A stretch of DNA of 64,000 nt, from positions 32,001 to 96,000 of IMG/VR virus record IMGVR_UViG_3300027779_003464. One strand, 5' to 3'. The stretch's first letter is position 1. Every line of letters begins with the position of its first letter. Under the pieces are notes generated by a model that saw only the letters and a program-made list of their open reading frames with translations, was not told the DNA's origin and made no database searches. Below are positions 28,642 to 38,798 of the stretch, one piece after another. The position numbers and the translations under genes are program-made. This stretch comes from a virus.

Positions 28642-30597
28642 ATGAATGTTAAAGATGCTATAAAATTAATGTCCAATAAAGTAGGAGGTAAGTCGAGTAA
28701 TCAGGTGAGCCGACAGGCATCACTAGATGCTGTCAAAAAGACATTTGATGTACTACCTAATAATCTATTAGAAGTTGAACCGAATGACCCGAATATACAA
28801 AGGTTATTTTTCTATTTAACTGATCCTAAAAAATTAGAATATATTGAGGAATTTACTAAAAGCGAAGCATATGCTTTAGAACAAATAATAAAAAAAGAAG
28901 ATCCTTCTGGTGGTTCTAAAAAAATAGAAAATAATGATAAAGAGTATGCTAATTCATTTAGTGCCGCAGCTGTTCTGCTTGCTAGATTAGAAAAACTATA
29001 TAAAATATATTCTAAAGGAATAGAGCAGATAGAAATAGACAGGGATAAGCACCTAATTTCCTCTCTTAGAAACATGGGAATAGTATTAAATTTAGAGCCA
29101 ATTTTAGGTAAAGGCAATGTTGGTACCATCGGTAAAATTGGAGGTATTGATAGTGATATAGATAAAGACTCATTTGAGCTAATTGTAAAGAGAGAATCTC
29201 ACATCACATCTAAAAAAGATATACATAAAATTCTTAAAAAGCTTCCGGCAAGCAGTAATCTAAATAGTAGATCTAGGGGTAACCACCTAAAGACAATGAG
29301 CGATATTAAGAAAACTAGCTCTGACTCTATAAAGAGTTGGTATGAATGGGCATCAAAGACATTTGAAAAAACAATAGATACAATAGAAGCAGATGTAGAA
29401 GAAGATGCAGTAATAAAAATAGAAAACATAAAAGATTTTTCAGAAAGAGTTGGAGGAGATATTATATTAAATTTAGTAGTCAACCATAAAGGAAAAGAAA
29501 CTAGTTTTGGATCCAAAATTAAAGAAAAGGAATTATCTTTACCTAGCTCTAAAAATTTAAAGGAAAAAAGGCAATTATTAACTAGAATTAGACGAGTTCT
29601 TGGCGTAGCAGAGCTTCCTGCATTTGACGATAATCAAATACAAAGACAGGGAGATTACTTTAGATTGTTTAATACGTTAAGAAATGAGAATATTGGATGG
29701 ATGGATACAATACTATTAACTGATATATTTAAAGGAGAAACTAATAAGTTTAATGGGTTTAAACAATACATTGAAAACGAAAGTGCTGAAGAGGCCGAGC
29801 AACTTAATTACTTAACAGCATCTGAGCTTTGGATACTTAAATTTATTGAAAGCGACTATCTCGGGGATTTTAGTCCAAGGGAAATAAAGCAACATACTGC
29901 TACAATTCAATCCATGACTCTTGATAAATCTAAAGATATTAAAAACTCATATCTTTCAAAAGGATTTAATCTAGGTAACTTTAACTCTGTTCAAATTAAC
30001 CCAGAAATAAGTTTACCTTTATATAAAAAAGTTAAACTAGCAGTAAACGAAGCCGATAGAAAAAAAGAAAATCCCTTTAGAAATATAATGTCTGGGATTG
30101 GATCAGTAATAATGGGAATTATGCCAACTAAACTAGATAATTTTGATGCGGGCAGAGCAAAACAAAATAATGACCAAAATAAAGCAGTATTTAAAGGAAT
30201 AAGTAATGTAGTTAAAGGACTTGTTGGAATTACCGGAGGAAAAGATGCTGCTAGAAAATATGAAAAAGGTATGAAAAAAGTAACTAATAATATGGTATCA
30301 AAATCTATAGGTGCAACCACGTTTGATCAAAACGATAATTCTATAAAAGAGGATATGGTAGCTCCACTTGACAGCGGACCTGGGGCGTTTCACCAAACTG
30401 GTCCAAGTATGGGAGGGGGATTTTCCCATCCTGATGGAACACCGGATCCATTTGCACTGATTGGTCCAGCTAGAAACACCACAACAAATAAGAAGAAAAA
30501 GAAGAAGAAGACTAAACCGGTTGACTGGAGAAAGTCTAGTTCTTTTGCAAGTAGCAAAGTACTTTCTTTTTCAGATTTTATAAACAGAGACAGCTAA
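28642..30597 (+). CDS. Large hypothetical protein, probably virion-associated; C-terminal KVLSFSDFI motif
   Basis: 651-aa ORF upstream of the baseplate cluster; Gly/Pro-rich and poly-Lys tail. Confidence 0.8.
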   Translation: MNVKDAIKLMSNKVGGKSSNQVSRQASLDAVKKTFDVLPNNLLEVEPNDPNIQRLFFYLTDPKKLEYIEEFTKSEAYALEQIIKKEDPSGGSKKIENNDKEYANSFSAAAVLLARLEKLYKIYSKGIEQIEIDRDKHLISSLRNMGIVLNLEPILGKGNVGTIGKIGGIDSDIDKDSFELIVKRESHITSKKDIHKILKKLPASSNLNSRSRGNHLKTMSDIKKTSSDSIKSWYEWASKTFEKTIDTIEADVEEDAVIKIENIKDFSERVGGDIILNLVVNHKGKETSFGSKIKEKELSLPSSKNLKEKRQLLTRIRRVLGVAELPAFDDNQIQRQGDYFRLFNTLRNENIGWMDTILLTDIFKGETNKFNGFKQYIENESAEEAEQLNYLTASELWILKFIESDYLGDFSPREIKQHTATIQSMTLDKSKDIKNSYLSKGFNLGNFNSVQINPEISLPLYKKVKLAVNEADRKKENPFRNIMSGIGSVIMGIMPTKLDNFDAGRAKQNNDQNKAVFKGISNVVKGLVGITGGKDAARKYEKGMKKVTNNMVSKSIGATTFDQNDNSIKEDMVAPLDSGPGAFHQTGPSMGGGFSHPDGTPDPFALIGPARNTTTNKKKKKKKTKPVDWRKSSSFASSKVLSFSDFINRDS

Positions 30598-30628
30598 CTA
30601 ATTTGTAATATCCTATTCTGTATTTTTT

Positions 30629-30643
30629 AATAAATAATAAAAA
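30629..30643 (+). promoter_or_regulatory. Late promoter-like AATAAATAATAAAAA for the baseplate operon
   Basis: Recurring motif. Confidence 0.65.
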
Positions 30644-30654
30644 GAATCTATAAT

Positions 30655-32703
30655 ATGGGCAATATGCCAACTTTACCATTAGTACCCATGATTAATGACT
30701 TGGCTAGCGGTGTATCCTTATCGCTTGGTGACGAAGCCGGCGATCAATTTCATCTTCTGCAAGAAGCATATAGAGAGAAAGGTGATGCAATCGTTGATAA
30801 ACATGAACCTGTTCCAGGATCTCAGTCTCTATTTAATCCATTTAAAATATTTAAATATAGTAAATTTGGATTAAGTGATTATAATTTAGATTTACATTTT
30901 GATACTCCAAATAGTTCAATGAACCAAAATGATAGAGCAGCAATGTCTGGTTTATCAAACGGGGATTCATATTCTGCTCCTGGTGAAGGAGGAGGAACTG
31001 TAACTTCTGGCGGATATGGAGAAATGGCAGCAAATTTCCAACCGTTTTCTGATACTAGACGGTGGATGGAAAATCCAACAGCTACAAATATTATACAATG
31101 GAGTAATCTTCAAACTCAAGCGGATAACACTGCAATTAGCCCTACACCATATGCTACTACTGATTTCCTATGGTGTAAGCATTATGGTAAAGTTCCAAAT
31201 AATAGAATGCTAACTCTTAGGAGATATGCTCTTCCAGTTGAAGATAACTTACAGATTAGACCGGATAAAGGTCCATTAGTTCCGACTGCCCAAGCAGTAA
31301 GCTGGTATGGAACTGATCTTGGAAATCCGCTTAATAGTATCTTAGGATTAAGTTGGGGAATGAATTGGACTGAAGATAAATCTAAAGTTCAAGATATAAC
31401 AGGTAATGAAATATCAGTAGAAGATATTGCGGCTGCTGCTGGCGTAGATGACCCAAAAGTCATAAATATCCTTAAAACTCAAGTTTTTTCTGGGAGTGGA
31501 GGAAAAGTAGACATACTTAAACTCGCAGGATACGATACAGAAATTCAAAAGTATATTAGAGAAGCATATTCTAACGATGGTCCATATTGGAATAGAGTAC
31601 TTGGTCCGGTCAACGTAATTGATAGTACTAAAAGAAGAGATAGAGGATTCACAAAGCAAAAGGGAATAACTATGAAATTTCATTATTCTCTTAGATCATA
31701 TGCTGGAATTAATCCTAAAATTGCATTCTTAGATTTATATTCTAATTTCTTGAGCTTGACTATGAATACTGCGCCGTTCTGGGGAGGAGGAGCTAGGTAT
31801 TTCCAAAAAACTGGAGTAACTCTTCCAGGTTTTGGTATAGAAAATAAAATGTTAGATGGCGATGTAATTGGAGCAATATCCTTAGGATCTAAGCAAATAC
31901 AACAAGCTGCACAACAAAATATTGAGCAATTAGTTGCTTTTGCTCAATCAATTAATGCAGGTAATTATAAAGGATCAAATTCAGATAAGGCAATTGAAGA
32001 AAGAAGAAAGGAATTAGATCAGGGCTTTTTAGATAACGTTCCAGAAGGAGAAACGGATCCAATATCTAAGCTTCTTGCTCCTAGGGTAGGTGAACTTCTT
32101 AGAAAGCCTCTTATATATCGAGCAATATTAGACGGTAGAGCAGTTGGAGAATGGCACCTAACTGTAGGTAATCCTATGAATCCAATGGCGGTAATTGGAA
32201 ATCTATGTTTAACTACGGCATCTGTTGAGTTTGGGGAAGTGCTAGGAATAGATGATTTTCCAACAGAAGTAACATTTACAGTTAATCTAGATCATGGTAG
32301 ACCGAGAGCAAAACAAGACTTAGAATCAATATTTAACTTAGGTAATGGGGCATTAGGATATTCTCAATTACCTCCACCTCCGTCGGCATCAAATAGCTAT
32401 GGCGATAATAATACACAGAAAATGAATTCGGCCTATGGAGGTAGGGTAGATGCAAGCACGAATCCTGATCAAATTGGAAACAAAGTCACTGAATCAGTTG
32501 ACGATGCTGGAATGGGATATGAGGGAGTAACTAATACAAACTTAAACAGTAACGTATCTGATTCAGAAAATGCTGTAAATTCAGAACAGTTAGACGCCCT
32601 AGTGAAGCATTATGGAAAAAGAGTTACTGCAATGTATGGGGAAGGATTTGGAAATAGTCCAATACTTAAAGATTATTTCACAGAATTAAAAACTAAAGAT
32701 TAA
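30655..32703 (+). CDS. Putative baseplate/tail-tube-initiator structural protein
   Basis: Position before the gp53-like and hub-like genes; C-terminal GNLCLTTASVEFG...DDFPTEVTFTVNL resembles tube-fold baseplate proteins. Confidence 0.55.
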   Translation: MGNMPTLPLVPMINDLASGVSLSLGDEAGDQFHLLQEAYREKGDAIVDKHEPVPGSQSLFNPFKIFKYSKFGLSDYNLDLHFDTPNSSMNQNDRAAMSGLSNGDSYSAPGEGGGTVTSGGYGEMAANFQPFSDTRRWMENPTATNIIQWSNLQTQADNTAISPTPYATTDFLWCKHYGKVPNNRMLTLRRYALPVEDNLQIRPDKGPLVPTAQAVSWYGTDLGNPLNSILGLSWGMNWTEDKSKVQDITGNEISVEDIAAAAGVDDPKVINILKTQVFSGSGGKVDILKLAGYDTEIQKYIREAYSNDGPYWNRVLGPVNVIDSTKRRDRGFTKQKGITMKFHYSLRSYAGINPKIAFLDLYSNFLSLTMNTAPFWGGGARYFQKTGVTLPGFGIENKMLDGDVIGAISLGSKQIQQAAQQNIEQLVAFAQSINAGNYKGSNSDKAIEERRKELDQGFLDNVPEGETDPISKLLAPRVGELLRKPLIYRAILDGRAVGEWHLTVGNPMNPMAVIGNLCLTTASVEFGEVLGIDDFPTEVTFTVNLDHGRPRAKQDLESIFNLGNGALGYSQLPPPPSASNSYGDNNTQKMNSAYGGRVDASTNPDQIGNKVTESVDDAGMGYEGVTNTNLNSNVSDSENAVNSEQLDALVKHYGKRVTAMYGEGFGNSPILKDYFTELKTKD

Positions 32704-32705
32704 TT

Positions 32706-33287
32706 ATGTTACTTAGCGATATTTTAAATAGTAAGAAAACAATATATAACAATGGATTTAGATCCACTGATATAGTTAGTGGAACTTTTAGATATCCTAC
32801 TAATTCTAAATCAAATTTAGTATTGGTTGGATTCGACGAAAATATGAGACCTGATCTTGTTGTTAATAGAATATACGGTAATCAGATGATGTGGGATATT
32901 CTTTTAAAGTTTAATGGAATATCTAATCCATTCTCAATAGAACAAGGAGATTTATTATATGCTATGCCATTTGGTGATGGAGCGGGAGCTATTAAAAAAC
33001 CACTCAATATAATAAGTAGAGATAAAGGAAAAAGTGAACTTCCAGTAAGTCCTCTTTTAGATCCTAAGACAAAGAAAGATAAAGATAGATTAAAAAATCT
33101 TCAAAATAAGATTGGAGAAGTAGTTCCGCCTAATGTAAATAGAGCAGGAGATAAAAACGTTAAGATAAAAAATGGAAAGGTAATATTTGGCGAAGATGTA
33201 ACTACCATCAAAAAAGATAATTGTCCAGTTCCTATATCTAGAAATAGATTACAAGCTGCCCTATTAAAAGATAAAATATTTATTTAG
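32706..33287 (+). CDS. gp53: Baseplate wedge protein, LysM-like (gp53-like)
   Basis: RPDLVVNRIYG...WDILLKFNGISNPFSIEQGDLL. Confidence 0.8.
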   Translation: MLLSDILNSKKTIYNNGFRSTDIVSGTFRYPTNSKSNLVLVGFDENMRPDLVVNRIYGNQMMWDILLKFNGISNPFSIEQGDLLYAMPFGDGAGAIKKPLNIISRDKGKSELPVSPLLDPKTKKDKDRLKNLQNKIGEVVPPNVNRAGDKNVKIKNGKVIFGEDVTTIKKDNCPVPISRNRLQAALLKDKIFI

Positions 33288-33288
33288 T

Positions 33289-34761
33289 ATGTCGTATTCT
33301 GATACTATAAAAGGAGTATTACTCCCAAAGATTGCTACAAAGGAAATATCAGTAAGTGATACGGGTTCAGTAACTTCTGAAAATATCCAGTATAAACAAC
33401 AGGGAGATACTGGAGCCCCAGAAGATAAGCAGGGATCGGATGCACCTCTGGTATTTGTAAATAAGATTAGTATTACTCCTCAGTACTTATGTATTGATGA
33501 AACCGGATATTTACCTAGAATTAAGTTAATATTTAAAGATCCAAGTGGAGCATTAACTGGTCCTAATTATCCTAAAAAAGATCCAATACTCAGTGTTTAT
33601 ATTAAATCAGGTAATCCTAAACTTAAACCAATAGCATGTGATTGGCTGATAACTAATATTAAAACATCGCTGGACGAGGTTCTCGATGTAGATGACCCAG
33701 AAGGATTAACTATATTCACCGTAACAGGAGAATTGTTTATACCTAAAATATATGATAATAAATCAACCGCATATCCTAATCTTAGTTCAAAAGATGCACT
33801 AGAAAAATTAGCAGGGGATTTAGATTTAGGTTACGCAATCAATAACGTTAGTACCGATGATTCTATGACTTGGATAAATACCAATAGAAATTCTCTTGAT
33901 TTCATAAGGCATATATCTATGCATTCTTATTTAAACGAGGATTCCTTTTTCAATTCATTTATTGATAAGTATTACTATTTAAATTTTATTAACGTATCTG
34001 AACAGATGAAGGGAGGTCATGATTTAAATTTAACCTATGATAATCAGGTTGATTCTAGTGAATTCTCTAAATCTTCAGCAATGAAGAATGCTGATTCTAC
34101 AGATACTTCAGAACAACTTTCAGCAATGATGCTTACTAATAAACCAAGTAATAAGGGGAAACCTGATTTTATTATAAAGTATTCTTTACAGGGATCAAAC
34201 GGAAGAGTTCTTAAAACTAAAGGATATAGAAAGAAAATATATTATTATGATCATACTCTAGATTCCGATGATAAGTTTACTAGTTTTTACATGAGCCCTC
34301 TTAGAACAAGTGGAGACAATGACGATCTTGCTCTAATTCCAGAAAATGAATTTTTAAAAGATAGTATGATTAAGAAGTGGATGAATATTGACTATGGTAA
34401 TAATCATAGAGAATATAATGCAGCTGCTTTAATCAATAACCATAATATTAATGAATTAAATAAGATAAAGTTTAAAGTAGAAACAGCCGGTATTAATTTT
34501 CAAGTTGTTAGAGGAGCAGCCCTTCCGGTTGCAATATATCAACCTTCTCTTGCTGCACAGCAGAGAGAAGCAAAAACTGAAAAAATAATAGAAGAAGAAA
34601 AGAAGTTGACCGAGGGAGGTCTTGAAACGGATGATGTATTAAGTGGAAGATACTATGTAATGGGAACAAGATACATATATGATGAATTAAATGGAGCATT
34701 CCCATTTAAAACTGAATTTACACTAGGAAGAGTTGAATGGCTAGGAGAAAATAATATTTAA
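33289..34761 (+). CDS. Putative baseplate hub protein (gp27-like)
   Basis: Context; size; C-terminal LSGRYYVMGTRYIY...TEFTLGR typical of hub proteins. Confidence 0.6.
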   Translation: MSYSDTIKGVLLPKIATKEISVSDTGSVTSENIQYKQQGDTGAPEDKQGSDAPLVFVNKISITPQYLCIDETGYLPRIKLIFKDPSGALTGPNYPKKDPILSVYIKSGNPKLKPIACDWLITNIKTSLDEVLDVDDPEGLTIFTVTGELFIPKIYDNKSTAYPNLSSKDALEKLAGDLDLGYAINNVSTDDSMTWINTNRNSLDFIRHISMHSYLNEDSFFNSFIDKYYYLNFINVSEQMKGGHDLNLTYDNQVDSSEFSKSSAMKNADSTDTSEQLSAMMLTNKPSNKGKPDFIIKYSLQGSNGRVLKTKGYRKKIYYYDHTLDSDDKFTSFYMSPLRTSGDNDDLALIPENEFLKDSMIKKWMNIDYGNNHREYNAAALINNHNINELNKIKFKVETAGINFQVVRGAALPVAIYQPSLAAQQREAKTEKIIEEEKKLTEGGLETDDVLSGRYYVMGTRYIYDELNGAFPFKTEFTLGRVEWLGENNI

Positions 34762-34763
34762 AT

Positions 34764-35894
34764 ATGCATAATTTTACAGGATTAAATTTAAAACACGATA
34801 ATTTTAGAAAAAGTACATTCATTGACCCGTTTGATGAGCCTACTTATCTTACCTTTGCTCTTGATTTTATGTTTGAACATACTCCTTCTTCTAGTAATGT
34901 TGACGAAATAAACCTATGGAATAGCCCGTTATTTAATAAGGAGTCAGGGGCAATTGATTTTTTAGTTAATAGAGGATATAACCCGCAAGCCGATGGTCTT
35001 GTTACTTTTAGAGAAATATTAAGATACCTAACATTTCAAGCACCTTGGTATTTCCAATCAATTAGTGGGTTAGATAAATTATATGCAGCAGCAACTGATC
35101 TAGATAAGAAATCACTTAGATCAGGTGGAATAAGTTTAGGAATAGAAACATTAGAAGCAATAGATTTAAGAATAAACGAATTAGCTGGAATTTATCGTAA
35201 TTCAGTATACGATACTAAATATAGAAGAGAAAGAGTTCCTGATAATTTAAGATGGTTCTCAGTTGATGTATATATTGCAGAATTTAGAAATATGAGATAT
35301 AGATTACCTGGAGTGGCTCAAAATGCTGGAAATTTGTTAGGAATAAATACTGCCGCCATTGGTAATATTATGGGTGGAGGTAATATATTATCTAATGTAT
35401 TAAAACAATACGGATATGTTAAATTTAGATTAAGACAATGCGAGTTTGATTTCAGTGGAACTTTACCAATTGGCTCAACTGTAAAGGTTGGATCAGATGG
35501 AAGATCTATGGAAAAGAATAATTTTAATATTAAAGTAGGGTGGGTTGAAGAAGAATCAAAATTTGGAGATGGCACTATCGTGTATGATGATCCTATGAAA
35601 ACTGATATAAGAAACCCATGGGGAACTAGAAATATTGGAACTTCAGTTCAAAATGCAGGATCTTGGCTAAGCGGCTTACCTGTAATTGGAGATTCTATAT
35701 CTGGGTTTGGAGAAAAAATAGGAGATGCATTGGGAAGTGTTGGCGGGTTAATTAATCCAGCTTTAAATGCAGCAAGTAATTTTATAGATCCTCCAATAAC
35801 TGAACTAGGGGATATATATCAAACTGGATACCGATCAAATGGAGATACTCCACCTACACCACCACCGGAGCCAAGTGGAAACCTGTATCCTTAA
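34764..35894 (+). CDS. Putative tail-tube-fold/baseplate structural protein
   Basis: Context between hub and gp5; PWYFQSISGL motif; Gly-rich tail. Confidence 0.5.
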   Translation: MHNFTGLNLKHDNFRKSTFIDPFDEPTYLTFALDFMFEHTPSSSNVDEINLWNSPLFNKESGAIDFLVNRGYNPQADGLVTFREILRYLTFQAPWYFQSISGLDKLYAAATDLDKKSLRSGGISLGIETLEAIDLRINELAGIYRNSVYDTKYRRERVPDNLRWFSVDVYIAEFRNMRYRLPGVAQNAGNLLGINTAAIGNIMGGGNILSNVLKQYGYVKFRLRQCEFDFSGTLPIGSTVKVGSDGRSMEKNNFNIKVGWVEEESKFGDGTIVYDDPMKTDIRNPWGTRNIGTSVQNAGSWLSGLPVIGDSISGFGEKIGDALGSVGGLINPALNAASNFIDPPITELGDIYQTGYRSNGDTPPTPPPEPSGNLYP

Positions 35895-35906
35895 AAATAG
35901 TATAAT
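35879..35906 (+). promoter_or_regulatory. AAAC-N18-TATAAT promoter
   Basis: Variant spacing of the recurring pattern. Confidence 0.45.
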
Positions 35907-35915
35907 TTTTATTAT

Positions 35916-36719
35916 ATGAGTATTGACAATCACGAAATAGAAAAAAGAAAAGAGGATTACGTTGACAAGAGTTACATGGGAATTGTCGAAGATCCTAATG
36001 ATCCTAGAAAGGAAGGAAGATGTAAGGTAAAGATATTTGGAATTCACGATGATATTGAGACAGAAGATTTACCGTGGGCTTATCCTAAACAGAAGAGTGC
36101 GTTTTTTGGACAGGACGGTAAAGCAGGATCATTATCTATTCCTAAGAAAAATTCAATAGTTGCTGTTCAATTTAATAACGGTAACATATATTCTCCAGAA
36201 TATTATTCTATACATGAGCTTGCCGATGATGCAAAGGAACAGTTAGAAAAAGATGGAGAATATCTAGGATCTCATATTATTTTATTTGACGGAGATGAGG
36301 AGTTAAAAATATGGTTCAGTGTAAATAAAGGATTGACTATTGAATTAAAGAAATCTAGAATAAACATTGGACAAGATAGTGCAATAACAATAGAGCACTC
36401 TGACTATAATTCTTCACCCTCATCAATTGAATTAAGGGGAAGTGAAATCAATATAACAACAAAGAGTACTATTAACCTAACAGCCCCGAGTGAGATCGAG
36501 TTAGCTTCAAATGATATACATGTTAATGGAAATACTGTAAAGGTTGGACATAGTCCAATTCAAGGAAGTGCAGTATTAGGAGATCAATTATTTATATTAT
36601 TAAAAGCAATGGCTTCTTTAATTGATGCAAAAGTTCCAACAAGTTTAGGAGCAGCAACTGCTCTAGTTGAGATGTATAAAACAATGGCTCTATCTGAAAC
36701 GGTCAAGGTTTCTAAATAA
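35916..36719 (+). CDS. gp5: Baseplate central spike/hub protein (gp5 OB-fold), no lysozyme domain
   Basis: YMGIVEDPNDPRKEGRCKVKIFGIHD...DLPWA...IPKKNSIVAVQF; beta-repeat C-terminus. Confidence 0.85.
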   Translation: MSIDNHEIEKRKEDYVDKSYMGIVEDPNDPRKEGRCKVKIFGIHDDIETEDLPWAYPKQKSAFFGQDGKAGSLSIPKKNSIVAVQFNNGNIYSPEYYSIHELADDAKEQLEKDGEYLGSHIILFDGDEELKIWFSVNKGLTIELKKSRINIGQDSAITIEHSDYNSSPSSIELRGSEINITTKSTINLTAPSEIELASNDIHVNGNTVKVGHSPIQGSAVLGDQLFILLKAMASLIDAKVPTSLGAATALVEMYKTMALSETVKVSK

Positions 36720-37089
36720 ATTTAATCAGTATAATATTTTATTAAAGGAAGATTGGAAAGATACTTCATGGGAAGATGATGATGGCAAAATAACCATAGA
36801 GGATGTATTAGATTATATAGGAGATAATTTGGTTGATATTCCCATTAGTTATTTGAAAAAGGTATTGAAAACACAATTAGATAAAGTTACAAAGGAAGAC
36901 GATAGGATAATGCGAGCTGATTTACAATATCCCATTATAGTAGTTAAAAAAGATGGGTACATTTCTTACGTGTTAGACGGAAACCATAGACTACAAAAAG
37001 CAATAATTATAGGGGTAAAATATATTAAAGCTAAGGTATTGGATATGAACAATCCAGATACTCCAGAAGAATTTAAAAGGTTATTATAA
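36694..37089 (+). CDS. ParB/Srx-like domain protein; start uncertain (CTG at 36694 or TTG at 36667)
   Basis: ADLQYPIIV...VLDGNHRLQKA motif. Confidence 0.75.
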   Translation: MKRSRFLNKFNQYNILLKEDWKDTSWEDDDGKITIEDVLDYIGDNLVDIPISYLKKVLKTQLDKVTKEDDRIMRADLQYPIIVVKKDGYISYVLDGNHRLQKAIIIGVKYIKAKVLDMNNPDTPEEFKRLL

Positions 37090-37111
37090 AGCCATATCTA
37101 AGGGTTGATAG

Positions 37112-37312
37112 CTAGTCTCCCACATATGCCTTAACCTTTTCTCTTTTACTAGAAATAAGGTGATCTAACTCAGATTTATCTAAAAGACTTTCAAATCTAT
37201 TATAAAAAAGTTCGACATATTTTTCTGCACCAGATAGTTGCTCTAGGGTTTCGCAGCTCTCTATTACTTTTTCTGCTTTAACTTTTGCGTTTATTAGTTC
37301 TAGAATTTCCAT
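37112..37312 (-). CDS. Small hypothetical protein
   Basis: ORF overlapping the end of phoH. Confidence 0.65.
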   Translation of the reverse strand: MEILELINAKVKAEKVIESCETLEQLSGAEKYVELFYNRFESLLDKSELDHLISSKREKVKAYVGD

Positions 37313-38084
37313 TTCTTTTTCCGTTTAATTGTTCTTGCTCTTCTATATCGTCAAAAACCTTGATTATTTTTTTAATTATTGGATGACGCTGTACATCATC
37401 TCCACTTAATTCAACTATACCAATTTCTGGTATATTATTAAAATGCTCTAATAATATTTCTAATGCACTTTTTTGATTTTTATTTACAGATTTTTGAGAA
37501 ACATCTCCTAAAAATATCATTTTAGAGCTTGGCCCAATTCTAGTTATCAACGTTCTTAAATTATCTTTAGATATTTGTTGAGCTTCGTCTACAATAACAA
37601 TTGAATCATCTAAAGTTACACCTAGAGCGAACTTTATTGGGAGAATATCGATTGCACCACTCGCCCTCAACTCCTGTGTTGCTGCTTTTCCTATAACCTT
37701 TTGAAAGTTATGTATAAATGGATATATATAAAGCTCCATCTTCTCTTCCATAGTTCCCTTTAAATATCCAATCTCTTCGTCTTTAGGAACATTTACTGAC
37801 TTAACTAATACTATTCGCTTATATGTTCTAGGTTTTTCCTTTAGTAGTTTTAGGGCCTGTGCACAAGATAAAAAAGTTTTACCGGTTCCAGGAGGCCCTA
37901 TTACGATAGTTATATCTTTATCCTTTATGGACTTTATTACTTCTTTTTGTGTTACTGATCTGCATTTAATGCTAACTTTGTTTTCTTTTAATGTTTTATT
38001 CATAATTTGATTTTTTCTATCCTGTTCCCATCCTTCGATCTCCTCGCGTAGCTCTTCATCGGTTAAGCGGTGTTTATTTTTCAT
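37278..38084 (-). CDS. phoH: PhoH-family ATPase
   Basis: GPPGTGKTFLS, IGYLKGTMEEKM, IVDEAQQ, ITRIG, GDVSQ, DVQRHPII. Confidence 0.93.
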   Translation of the reverse strand: MKNKHRLTDEELREEIEGWEQDRKNQIMNKTLKENKVSIKCRSVTQKEVIKSIKDKDITIVIGPPGTGKTFLSCAQALKLLKEKPRTYKRIVLVKSVNVPKDEEIGYLKGTMEEKMELYIYPFIHNFQKVIGKAATQELRASGAIDILPIKFALGVTLDDSIVIVDEAQQISKDNLRTLITRIGPSSKMIFLGDVSQKSVNKNQKSALEILLEHFNNIPEIGIVELSGDDVQRHPIIKKIIKVFDDIEEQEQLNGKRNGNSRTNKRKS

Positions 38085-38120
38085 ATTATAGTTAATATTT
38101 TTTTAAAAAGTCATATATAA

Positions 38121-38732
38121 TTAGTATATTTTTATAGAAATGACAATACCTAATAATATTTTTAGGTGATGTAAGTGTAAATCATAAAAAGACGTAATGA
38201 TAGATTCTTCAGTTTTACCATATTTATGTTCAGCTGCCTTTATTTTTTTTAGTTTAATATCTTTAATCGATTCGCGGCTAAATGAATGCTCGTTATGCTC
38301 AAGTAAATCATCTAATAATTTATTAAATGATGATCCGGCAACTAAGCTTTTTCCTATTTTTTTAATAAAGCGTTCACCAATCTTTATGGATTTTAATTTA
38401 ATATGTAAATCACTAGAATCTAATCCGTTATCTAATGATTTTCTTACGTCATCAAATTTTAGAATGTCTACTGAATTATTAACTATAAAATTAATATCGT
38501 ATGTATAAAATGAAAGGGTTATTCTATTATCTTTTCCGGTGTGCAGAAAGTTTACAAAGTCAGGAGCAGCAATTCCGCCTCCACCTGCACTCAAGACAAT
38601 TGGGTCTATTCCTAAATCGTCTAAGTAATCGGCTCCCTGTTCTAATGTAATAGTATAATCATCAAAAGGGAAGGACAATAGGAATGGAAATATATCGAAT
38701 ATGCTTGTATCTTTTTTATAAGCCTTTTCCAT
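38121..38732 (-). CDS. Hypothetical protein
   Basis: 203-aa ORF with TATAAATA upstream (38763-38770, minus strand). Confidence 0.75.
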   Translation of the reverse strand: MEKAYKKDTSIFDIFPFLLSFPFDDYTITLEQGADYLDDLGIDPIVLSAGGGGIAAPDFVNFLHTGKDNRITLSFYTYDINFIVNNSVDILKFDDVRKSLDNGLDSSDLHIKLKSIKIGERFIKKIGKSLVAGSSFNKLLDDLLEHNEHSFSRESIKDIKLKKIKAAEHKYGKTEESIITSFYDLHLHHLKILLGIVISIKIY

Positions 38733-38747
38733 TTTTCCGCGTATTTA

Positions 38748-38774
38748 AAACCTCCTTTTAATTATTTATATAAG
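38748..38774 (+). promoter_or_regulatory. AAAC-N17-TATAAG promoter for polymerase-primase, overlapping a minus-strand TATAAATA late promoter
   Basis: Recurring patterns on both strands. Confidence 0.6.
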
Positions 38775-38798
38775 ATACGTACAAACAATAAGTAATAT

